Below are positions 52,326-64,000 of a stretch of DNA of 64,000 bases, piece by piece. Position 1 is the stretch's first letter. Every line of letters begins with the position of its first letter. The stretch is from the NCBI GenBank assembly GCA_964016885.1, contig OZ024742.1, positions 111,290,001 through 111,354,000 of the forward strand. Direction: 5' to 3'. The stretch is from Eledone cirrhosa. Taxonomy: Eukaryota. Under the pieces are notes generated by a model that was given only the letters and a program-made list of their open reading frames with translations, searched no databases and had not been told where the DNA came from. Both the position numbers and the translations under genes were made by a program.

Positions 52326-53811
52326 GTGTTTGTATGCTCGTGTGTATATATGTACACCTCTTTGTGTGCGCATGCATATCCCTAAACAGTACATCTTGTT
52401 GCATTTATGATATGCGTACATACTTCGCAAAACTTGTTTCAGTAAATATTTGTGTATTCGTATGCACGTGTGTATACACACAAATATATACACACACATA
52501 CACATGAGTCTGTCTGTCTTTCTCTCTATATGCATATTTTTATTTGGTTGTACTTAATGTAAGTTAAGACAAATTCTGTGTATATCTTACGATTGAATAG
52601 TGTCTTAATTTATACCAATTTAAAGATAAACGGAGAAACCTTATGCAGTGACACGTTAGTAATAATTTTAAAGATTTTGCAGCATATAAAATGTAACGAG
52701 TTTTAGATATTGTTCACTGAAGTATATTTTACAGGCAAATTTGAAATATTAAAAGGTGCATGTATTCACCACAGCTTAGGAATTATCAAATTTATCTCAT
52801 TTTAACAGCACATTATAATGAAGTGGAATTATTTCACTTCATACTCTTTTGTTTAATGCTGCATGGGGATAATGAAATATTCTCAGTTTGTGTCTTCCCT
52901 AAAGAAAACTTATGCTTTCATGCTCTGCATAATATCATGCTAATTTGAACCGTTTGTAATTACTTTATATGATTTTAAACTTTTTTTCTCTAGAGGCACA
53001 TCATATATGCACTAGCAAACATATCGCCTTTCCCTTTATTGAGAATTGTAATGAAGCCCTTATTATTTAATTCCCGTTTTGTCTAGAAGTTGAATACAGA
53101 ACAAATCACTGTCATCACATTGGGAATATACTAAAATGAAGACAACTACGCTAGTGTTTCGAATCGTTTCAGTCATTTCGTTGTTTCGATTTAAATGTTA
53201 CATGTTTTATTTTATTAACGAAATAGGTTTAAAAATACTTAAAGTAATTCGTGCTCTCTGCGTTCTGAGCGCAAAACCAGGCGAGTCTTGTTTCGAATTT
53301 CATCCTATTGTGATAGACATGAATCAGCTCGCAGAGTGCTGCTGCTACCTGTTTTTCTTTCACCAGGACCAGGAAATTGATTAAGGGCACAAAATGGGGC
53401 GTACGTCTTTTCATGAGGCTAGGATATATTAAAAACAACTTTAAGGAAACTTTGGCACATATTACAAAGTCATTCTTGGTTGTGTGTTATGCGAAAAATA
53501 TATAAACGTGTGAATCAGTTGTATATAGTAATTGTTTACGTCGCATCACAATCCTATATTTCGTTGCCACGATAGAACATTCATTTAATAATTGCATCAA
53601 ATGACGATCAGTCCTGGAAATAATAACCTGGAAAGTATTGCATGGTGTGCTGAAGTTCAGATATATTTTTTAAAGCAAATACATAAATTAATTCATGCAT
53701 ATATATGTCAACATTTTTACGACTTTTCTTTGGCTTTTTCTTTGGTTTCCGCATAATCATACTTCGCGTTTTTTCGGTCTGATATATGTATAATCTACTA
53801 CCCATAGTTTC

Positions 53812-53865
53812 GAGTACTCTGGTGCGTTATGGTCCACCTGGTTCCTTGCCACACTTCCTTCGTTA
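53812..53865 (+). mobile_element. Family C terminal stub
   Basis: GAGTACTCTGGTGCGTTATGGTCCACCTGG...TTCGTTA then (TA)n. Confidence 0.8.
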
Positions 53866-53957
53866 TATATATATATATATAATATATATATATATTATTA
53901 ATGATATTATATTTATTAATAATATTAATAAAACTATATATATATATATATATATAT

Positions 53958-54172
53958 AGTAATAATAATAAATGTGAAGACTAAAATCCTAAGATCGATA
54001 AGGATAAATATATATCAAATATAATAATAATAAATGTGAAGACTAAAATCCTAAAATCGATAAGGATAAATATATATCAAATATATAAGAACCCTAGAGC
54101 AAATATTTATTAAAATAACAGATCAAAGTTTAAGCAAACAATCGCTGCTTTCACCCTTAACGGGATCTATGA
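53958..54172 (-). mobile_element. Family B element with 62-bp tandem duplication
   Basis: Reverse complement of 1280-1430. 53961-54022 is repeated at 54023-54084. Stem TCCC-GTTAA-GGGT-GAAA on the minus strand. Confidence 0.8.
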
Positions 54173-54192
54173 AATATATATATATATATATA

Positions 54193-54632
54193 TATATTAA
54201 TAAGAGGAATTCCAACTTTGTCTGATTTACTCGTTTTATTTACAATCCTTTAAAATATATATAATGGTATTATAATGAAATAGTATGATAGAATATTAAA
54301 TTCTAAGTGTTAATTGAACAAGTACTTTCATGCTTTCGCAATCTTCAGGTTCATGATATGTGGTGACAGTCGAGTTTGCAATTTTCAGTTGAAAATTGCA
54401 AACTCGACTGTCACCACATATCATGAACCTGAAGATTGCGAAAGCATGAAAGTACTTGTTCAATTAACACTTAGAATTTAATATTCTATCATACTATTTC
54501 ATTATAATACCATTATATATATTTTAAAGGATTGTAAATAAAACGAGTAAATCAGACAAAGTTGGAATTCCTCTTATTAATATAATCTTCTATACACAAT
54601 CATACACACCCGTGTATATTTACCTATCTATA

Positions 54633-54636
<4 letters not shown>
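54193..54636. mobile_element. Perfect palindromic fold-back element with hammerheads, in (TA)n
   Basis: 54193-54387 is the exact reverse complement of 54390-54584 (195-bp arms, 2-nt spacer). About 50 nt of tail. Confidence 0.92.
54424..54462 (+). ncRNA. Minimal type-I hammerhead ribozyme (mirror copy 54315-54353 on minus strand)
   Basis: TGAAC-CTGAAGA-tTGC-GAAA-GCAt-GAAA-GTAC-TT-GTTCA. 5-bp stem I, GNRA-capped stem II, palindromic stem III AGTACT. Confidence 0.82.
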
Positions 54637-54674
<38 letters not shown>

Positions 54675-54684
54675 ATATTAATAA

Positions 54685-54914
54685 TTAATAAATGGAAACT
54701 ATATTTATAAAACCATATTTATTTTATTATACATATTTCAAGGGCCACCAAGGCAAACTACGGTGCGCTTTCATAAGATAAAATACAGATTTGTTTTATA
54801 AATAAATATTGACAAAACTCGGAAAAAAAGACAACTTTAACGGTTGGAGCTTCCTATCAGTTATAAAAATGTTAAAGCTTGTTGAATCCCAACAAATTAA
54901 ATATAACTTCTGCA
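54685..54914 (-). mobile_element. Family D element with core-mutated hammerhead at 54721-54784
   Basis: Homologous to 37245-37610 without the inverted arm. Core reads CTTATGA...GAAA-TATGTA-TA. Confidence 0.8.
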
Positions 54915-57900
54915 TATATATATATATATATAAACTGCATATATATATATACATAAACTCAATATTAAGATAGTAGAAAGACCAGGTACCTCCGTAAAAA
55001 CACTTATTAGCAAGACATACCCTTTTCAAAGACCCCCCCCCCCCTGTATAGATAAGAAATGTATAACCTGTAAATTAAGCCCACATATTAACTGTAAAAC
55101 TAGAAATGTAGTATATAGCATAAGATGTACTGAAGGACAATGTAGAGACAAAAATATAGTGTACATAGGTGAGACAGCTCCTAGTGTAGGGGAACGGATA
55201 AATGAACACTAGCGAGACCTTCAAGATAGTAAAGAATCGTCTGTACTCTACCAACATGCTAAAATAGAACATAAGGGTAAATTAGAGAACATAGAAATAA
55301 AAATAGAATCTACACACAGAAAGACGCAATGTTTAGACAAATCACTGAGTCAATAAACATAAAAGAATTACAACCAAAATTAAATAGAAAACATGAGTGG
55401 AACAGCAACATCACAACTTACAATTAAGGACAAAATGAAAACACACGCACATAGAACAAAAGACCAACCTGTAACATGTAAATAAACAAATAAATAAACG
55501 AATATAAACACACACAGACACCCGGATGGGGGAAAACAATACTGGTCCACCCACACACACACACACATTCTCACACACACACACACACACACACATGCAT
55601 ATATACACACACACACACACACATACACACGCGTACATTAACATACAAAGAGACTTATACACACACACACACACACACACTTCTCCGTGTAAGACAAAAG
55701 CTGAAAAATATCTTTTGACATGCTAAATTACCCCCCACTGCTTACAGACACATTTCTACTGACCATCCCTGCTACCACGAATTACTCTGCTATACACACA
55801 CACACACACACACACGCACACACACTTATCTTAATAGCCATTTGACACACATCCCTGCTAACCATTATCACAACATCGAACACCTTACTACTACTACTAC
55901 TACACACACACACACACACACCCATATTTGTTGTGAAAGAGTCATTTCTCAGTCTTGGCGCAAAATCAATTTTTTATTCACATGACCTCTACCGGCCAAT
56001 CAAAATTGTTTTGACCACAAGAACTTTTGCAACACCAAAGTAGCGCTGGAGCCACTTTTTTAACATAAAAACAGCTAGAATTCCCAAAACTAATCAGATC
56101 AGAGCAAACAACACGGACACTCTATCTCAAAACATAGACCAGTATGAGACAGTACTCATGATAGTATAAGAAACAGAACAAGATGCGCATCAACAACAAC
56201 GGGGTAAACAGCCCCCCCCCACTCCACCAACAGTGCTGCAATGAAGAAGAATAACAGAAGCTAATCATAATAGCACTACGTATGTTATAATGTTATATAT
56301 ATGTTGAAAATATTGTTATAGTTTGCATTACTACGTTGAAGTGGAATTGCATTAGTTAATAGTTCACATATGTAAAAGCTACCCTTTATTATTGAAATAC
56401 TTGTTCCTTGGCGACAAATCAAACAATACATTGAAATAAAGAGTATTGCTATTAGATGATGAGTGAGGCTTCTTCTCGCTGGTGATTTCTACGAATGTGG
56501 TGGTATAGTTGAGTCACTGGGTAAATTACGACAGTTGTTGCATGATAATCAAAAGGCATACGTTAAATTGACCATGAATAAATGTGCTCGCATCTATGAG
56601 AGTGTTCATATTTCAACAGGGTGATATTTAATTAAAAATAAACTTTGTTGCCATTTATCTAACAACAAGCAGCATATTGGGTGAATAATTATACGCCACC
56701 CACTTTAATTACCAAGCCGGTTCGAATGGATCACTGCAAAGTTCAACAACATCCAATAAATGTACCGATACACCCTCGTGATTAGAATTTCATAATGATA
56801 TCTAACTTCATATACTCTTTAGTGACAATGGAAACAACGTTTATAGTCATCTGATTATTTGGCATTAATCATCCGAATGATCAAAACTGTTATTTACGGC
56901 AGCGTATCTAAAGGACGCAATTTTGAGTGAGGCATTGAGTGCAAATACATGGATAAATGAACGAATATTGTACCAGATCATACACATCTGAATTACTATT
57001 ATCATATTTCAAGCAGGGTATATTTCAGAATTATTTTCACTTGCCACATTTTCGGCTTTATTTGATACATCTGAATGTCTACGAAAAAGATATATTAGAG
57101 AAAGTTAAACATAATTTATTTATTATATGGCACATTAAATATCGAATATTGAAATAATTTTCAAAAATTTCGATGGTAACAAATCAAAATGCTTTATTAC
57201 CAACCATAAAGACATGAAAAAGTCAGCGAAACGTAATATAATAATAATACATTTTCTTTTGTATATTTCATTCAACAATATTGTTAATAAACAATATAGT
57301 GTCAAATTATGTTCAAGGTGGGTAGTTACTGACGTATAGTGATCGAAATCACTAGTATTCATACGCTACATTTATATATGCCATGTGATAGATTATACAC
57401 TCACATGGAAACATATTTGTACACAGTTATATACACACAGACGCATATAGATACATTCACGCATGCACTCACAACACACACATAAACATATTGATATATA
57501 TGTGTGTGTGCGTGTGTATTAGTTTGTGTATGCGCGTTTGTAAATACTGGTTTCTAAAGATTTATTTATAGCATTGACTTTTCTGTGATAATATAATTTA
57601 AAGAAGAAAGGATACTTTCAACGCAATCTTTAAATCAAAGCCAACGTTTATTTCCATTTTTCAATATGAAGGATGTAAAACAAACAACTATTTTAACTTT
57701 AGTTTTGAGCGTAAGTAATTGATGATATTCTTCGAGCTTTGTTCGTTTTGAATAGAGAATGGTATGGAATTAAATACTTGAGTTCTCATACACGGTATTA
57801 TGGGATTTCAAAATTATTATTGAACTTCGTAACTCTAGTCTTAATTACTAACCTCATACCTTTTTCCTCGAAGACCAAAATATATGTTCTAGCCGTTGGA

Positions 57901-59584
57901 GCAATTCATATGGTTTAGACATGCATTCCAAATAATATTACTATAATTTCTGAATTTTGCCTCTTGCAAATACTACGAAGTGAAGATCATCCGTTTCCAT
58001 AATTTCCTAGGTTATGTAAATGTTTCTTTGAGAAACATTTACATATTACCACAGAGTGCCCCGGGTCATAAATGTTACATCGTGTTTTTCTAATAGTATA
58101 GAGACTAGGAACATATTTTTAGAGACTCTCGTTTCATATGTTAATGGCCTGTATTCAAAGGAAATTTTCCAATATAATGCTAGCATTTTTTCTAAAATAT
58201 AACGCATATTACGAATAATTAAATGTATCTAACAATGACCTGTGGGTACTGCAAATAATTTGAAAAGTTTAATGATCACCTAGAAGAAAGCCAATAATAT
58301 AAATAATACATTCTAGCCGGGTTATATGCTTATATAGTAGACATGCATACTATTTATATTATGTAATCCTATAATTGCTATGGAAATATGTTAACATTTT
58401 TCCATAGATAAAATAAAGAAAGTGTGCTTTGAATTGTAGACGTCCATTTTGACATGTATTTCCATAAATACTTCTAAAGGCCTAAGCATAATTACTTTGA
58501 TTTGTGTGCAAAGGAATCATATATTCGCAGATGAATATTGCGTATTAATGAATTGTAATTGATTATTATATACTATTTGCCTTAAATATATTGCTGAAGA
58601 TAAGATCCATACAACAATTTAGGTAAGATTTGGAGAAATGCATTTATTCCTCTTAATGGGCCTTGCGGTATACAATAATCCGCATTTACATGGACATGGA
58701 TTTCTTATAATGAATACTTGCTATGGTTTTATAACAGAAGGATACGTTGTCTGTGTTATTTTGATTGTTTGTAATTCCAGCGAGTAGAATATGGAATATT
58801 CGGGTTAAATAAAACAAATTTAAATACAATCATCTTTGCTCAATATATTACCATGTTGTTTTGCAATGTATTCATGTTGTTAACACAATAATCACTAGTA
58901 CGAGGAATGTGTTTAAAATGATCCCATAAAAATCATCTAATGCTATTGTTTGCTGGCATAGTCATACGGTTAGAATTGGTTATTTATATTATATTTGCCA
59001 TTTCCTCGTTAACGCATGAAATTAATACAGACATGTTGTAACGTAAACTTATGCCCATTTCCTTAACTGGATATGATTATTTTTGACGGGAACAAAATAT
59101 ATCAAATATATAAATTTTAGAATGAAATTAAAGCGAACAGAAAACGTTGCTTTTGCTTAGATCTTTTTCAAATGCTACCGAGATAATACATGTGCCCTTC
59201 AAAAAAATTTCGTGAAATTATTTGATGAAATTATTGAAATATTTACCATGCAATAGCAATTTCTTTTAAAATATTAAACATGAATATAGTTTATGTGTAC
59301 ATATTGTTATATGCAACACAAATATTTACACTGATCCAATGGAACTAAATTGGCTTACTGATAAGTATTTCGAAACTGGTAAATCGACAAATATCTAATT
59401 TGGTCAGGATATTTAACAAGAAATACATTTCCAGTTTTCTTAATAGAAGAGGATTTTGATAATTTTCTTTCATCAGTACGATATAATCTGTGAAAAATCT
59501 AATTATTTTTCTTCGTTGTGTGTGAGAAAATATGTTGTAATGGGCTAATCGTTAACATTGTGCACATTGCTCTTAAAATCCATT

Positions 59585-61780
59585 ATTCATCTTCTTCGAC
59601 TACTTTTTCCTGAGAGAATCATGAGGGAAAGTCTTCAAGCATTCCTTCCGACGAATCCTGTTAGAAGCAACCATCTCCTATTTATCCGGCTGGATCTCCC
59701 AGCGAGGTATACCACTGGGTCTCCTGCCCGTGAAATCTTTACAGCCATTTATTTCTGTGACATTCTGAGTCCATGCTCTTAATACCGGGCCAGTGATCTC
59801 TCAATTTGGAGAAATAATTGCTATCACTTGAGCGATTCTCTGATCTCCGCGTTACACAATTTATCGAGTAACGTTATTCCAAAGGCATTTAGGATGAACC
59901 CTATTTCGGAAACTTGTATTCACGATCATGTTCCTCCAGTCATTACCCAAGATATATGACCATACATAACGGTAGGCACGAATACCGAATTGAAGACAGG
60001 GAGTTTGACCTTTACAAAAACATTCCTTCCTATCATTACCGAATGTTGAAGCTGGTGCATTGTTGCACTAGCTCCTGCAAATTCTGCACTTAATTCAGCC
60101 AGCTGCCTTCCATCACTCGTCTCCACATCAGTGGTATTCCATTCATTTTTAGAGTGCACTGGGGAGGCCTCCTTTTGAGAATGAGTGTTTCAATCTTCGC
60201 AACAGTGATTTTCATCCAGCCGTTCAGGACACGGCATACGATCTATCAAGTGCATGCCGGAGATCGCCATCTGACATGTTATGTAATACCACACCATCAG
60301 TAAACTCTACACCCACCACTTCAACTCGGATGCGCATGGCAACTCTACTCCTAAAGATTATGAACATTAGAGGTGCAACTACGCACCCTTGGAGGAAACC
60401 GACACAGACATTGATTGACTTTGATTTAATGCCATTCATCAGAGCACAAATACTCGGTTATTAGTATAAAGACATCAGAGCAACATAAAACTAACCATTG
60501 ATATCATTCTCTTGCACAACCCTACAGAGTAATTCTTGTAGAATGAGAGCGTATGCCTTTTCTATGTCTACAATTTAAGTATACATCTATTGTCAGTAAT
60601 CCCGAAATTTTTCAAGGAACTGCTGCAGTGCGAATAGTTGGTCGACTGTGATGAGCCCGGGACGAATACCACACTGTTCATCAGATAGCTTGGACTCAAC
60701 AATCCCTTTACCTCTCTTAACACTTATCATAGACTTTACTGGAAAGTCATAAGAAAGAAATCCCCCTATAATTGAAACAATCTCTCTTGTCTCCCTTTTC
60801 GAAAATTGGGATTATCACGCCCTGATGCCATTGCGTAGGTGCCTTTCCAGAGATCCAGACCACCTCACACACATGAGTCAGCCAGAGAATAACTTTCTAT
60901 TTACAGATTTTAACGTCTCGGACATCAATTCATGCTCCTCAATAGCCTTGCTACATACGAGCTGTTTAATTGCTCTGGTGACTTGATCCTCCCAGAGATA
61001 GTCACCACTCCCAGCTCAGAAGAAGCTTTTGTGATAGGGTTTAGGAGATCAGCAAAATTTCTTTCCATCTCTCAAGGATTCTCTTCTCTAAAGTAAAGGA
61101 AGTAGGTGTGTAGGAGGACATTTTATTTCGAAATCGGCTGATGTTCTGCCAGAACACATTATTTATTGATCTGAAGTTGGATTCCAACATCCTACCATAT
61201 CTTAAATTTGGACGCCCTTACTTGTCTCTGCTGTGACTTTTCGCGCCTACCTGTACCACATGGACGAGAAGGAGGACATACTTTGAAGTCAAACTTTGTA
61301 CGCTTCCTCTTTGTTTGGATGACATGTTTGATTGAAGCAGTACTCCTGCAGTTTGGCACCGGAGCATGCGTCTTTCTCAGAAGAAGTAGAAACCGTCGAG
61401 CTGAGCGGTCAGCACTCCATTCCTGGTCCTGATTTGATTTCTTTATCCACAAACGCTTCCCACTTTATGCTGTAGGGTGACCTGTACCTGCCAAATTTTG
61501 GGGCCTCTTTAATTAGGTAGTCTCAAATTATAGATATCTGTAATTAGTTGACAGCTCAGTCCCTCTCTTAACACGAACATCCAGCACAGAATCAAAGAGA
61601 TCAGAGACAGTAACAAAATCAATTATTGATCTCTGTCCCTGATTCCCCTTACACCATGAACATGTATGGATGTTTCAGTGGTGGGTGGTGTTTATAATAG
61701 AGTATCCATTGCTAGAACAGAATTCTAATGAAGACCATCCATTCGTATTTATATCGAGAATGCCGTGCCTTAAAACCCCA
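59585..61780 (-). mobile_element. Decayed RTE/Rex3 (Expander)-like LINE, APE to C-terminus
   Basis: VGFLQGCVVAPLMFIIF, VFNSVFVPTVMYGHISWVMT, and an APE remnant SIIDFVTVS...VLDVRVKRGTELST. Confidence 0.88.
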
Positions 61781-62448
61781 ATAAACACATATATATATTA
61801 GCAACACCACAGGGAAATGTATAAAACAGACGAGCAGCACATTCCTTTGACATTTTCTTTCTAGAAATACAACATAAACATAGCCAACTAGTGAGGGCGT
61901 TCAACAGTTAATAATAACAACTATATGTCTATAAAATCACCCCTCGCCCACACACACACCGCTAGCTGTCATCCCAGACTGAATGCCTACACGAGAAAGA
62001 TACGGCATAGTCATGGTTTAAATTCATTTGCCACAGGTTCGCTAGATGAAGGGTGATCTGACTTAAACACCATATGCAACAACAACAAAAATCAACGAAA
62101 TACTATATATCATTTCATTTCTTCTGATGTTACTTATTGGTAAAGAATTTCATTTACAAGGAATCCTTTTATATACTGTATTTCCCTCAAGATCCTAGTC
62201 TGTTCAGTCTATAAAATTATTCCCCTTTCAGCAACCAATCCATTAGCTGAGTTGAGACAAATTGATTAGTTATTCACCGCTTTAAATTACAATACACTAC
62301 ATGAAATTACAGGTTTATCAATTAGTACTTTTCCACCAGCCACTATCAGTGTCTTCTAATGAGTTAGGTCAACGACGAACAGTCATTCAAATTAAATTCC
62401 TTGGATTATGTACGTATACAGCTTCTCTCAATCGCCTGTGTCAGTCAG

Positions 62449-62480
<32 letters not shown>

Positions 62481-63332
62481 TATATATCGCATCCAACAAC
62501 ATGGCATACTTTGTCTTTAATCCTGTGAAAAGCGGCAACAGAGCACAGGTATATTTGACTGACATTACTGATATATACCTTTCAACTAAGCTGATTCACT
62601 TAATAAATAACAACAATAAGATTCATAGATCTGCCAAAACGTTTATCAATGAAGAGCCATAGAAGTGACTAACATAGAGCTTTATGAACTAAAGTTTATA
62701 AATCTACACAAAATCAGGAACTAAAGACTTCATTGGCCGTCTGAATTAATTTACTAAACAAATAAACTACGATTTACTTCTTAAAGTCTTTACCGTTACT
62801 ATAGTTTGGGTGAAAAGCTATTCTAATTTAAGTACAATTGTAATAAAAATAGACACTGTCTTACAACTACATTGTTTCACACGCTGTCACTATTTTATCG
62901 ATAGATTTATTATATTTTGCATAGGTCCACGATCAATTGAAACTCATTGGCTATCTGCCCTTACAGACCTGACGGACGATTATTGAAGCAGATAATTGCA
63001 AACTAAATCTTCTTAAAATCACACAGCCTTTTCAAAATTATATTATTATATTGTTACATACAAGTATTTATATATCAATATATACACATTTTATGTGTGT
63101 AAATAAAGTAAGTATTTGGTTTCTATATAAAGGTAAATATAGACCAGTCTCTACACATATACATACAACGTACATAGATTTATGTTTACATACATAAACC
63201 CTCACACACACAAACATACATGTATATGCATACACACACACACACTCGCACATATATATATATATATATATACATGTAATTGTATAGCTATGCACACGTA
63301 CATAAATAAACACACATACATACATTTGTGAA

Positions 63333-63548
63333 GGCGTGTGGCTGAGCGGTTAGAGAATTGGATTCGCAATCGAAAGGTTGTGAGTTCGATTCCTGGACCA
63401 GGCGATGCGTTATGTCCTTGAGCAAGACACTTTATTTCACGTTGCTCCTTCTACCTGGAGTTGCGACCGATAGATAGTATTAGCAATTGGAAAGACCAAC
63501 GGAAACATTGTTTCCTCGGTCCGATTTGACGAAAAGTCGATCGTTCCT
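63333..63548 (+). mobile_element. tRNA-derived SINE-B
   Basis: A-box TGGCTGAGCGG, B-box GTTCGATTCC, then GTCCTTGAGCAAGACACTTTATTTCACG. ATACATACAT occurs on both flanks. Confidence 0.85.
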
Positions 63549-63700
63549 ATACATACATGAATACACATAAATACACACACACACACATATATATATACAT
63601 GTGTGTGTATATATATATATATACATATATATATATGTGTGTGTATGTGTGTGTGTGTGTCTGTACATATATATATATAAATATATATAAATATACATAC

Positions 63701-63733
<33 letters not shown>

Positions 63734-64000
63734 TATATATATATATTTATATATATATGTATATATATATATATATTTATATATATATGTATATATATAT
63801 ATATTTATATATATATATATGTACACACACACACACACACGCATATATATGTATATATACACACATATCTATATATATATATGTGTGTATTCATGTATGT
63901 ATGTGTCTTTATTTATGTAGGTGTGCATGGCTATACAATTACATGTATATGCGTGCGAGAATAATGAATATATATATAACTGCTAGACATAAGAAGTATT

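Noticed and set aside
58013-58045. 15-bp perfect hairpin
   Set aside because: Isolated and AT-rich, with no ribozyme core or related copies. Probably a local template-switch or chance.
63333-63400. tRNA gene
   Set aside because: A and B boxes are present, but the acceptor stem is not paired and the sequence continues into a SINE body.

Overview
AT-rich, microsatellite-dense eukaryotic DNA with no recognisable intact host gene, so probably intergenic or inside a very large intron. The repeat repertoire resembles octopod cephalopod genomes as I recall them (inference, not a database result). Almost all ORF-track entries are microsatellite artefacts (IYIY, HTHT, CVCV) or decayed transposon fragments. 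Decayed elements include HERO-like, R4/Dong-like, Tx1-like, RTE/Rex3-like, CRE-like and CR1-like LINEs, a DD34D mariner, a mariner MITE, many SINEs and several Penelope-like element (PLE) GIY-YIG remnants. The strongest signal is a set of short non-coding head-to-head fold-back elements embedded in (TA)n tracts. Most carry a minimal type-I hammerhead ribozyme motif (CUGANGA...GAAA-palindrome-UH). They include a perfect 392-bp palindrome and a 540-nt terminally redundant, retrozyme-like unit. All coordinates were read by eye; the ends of decayed elements are approximate.
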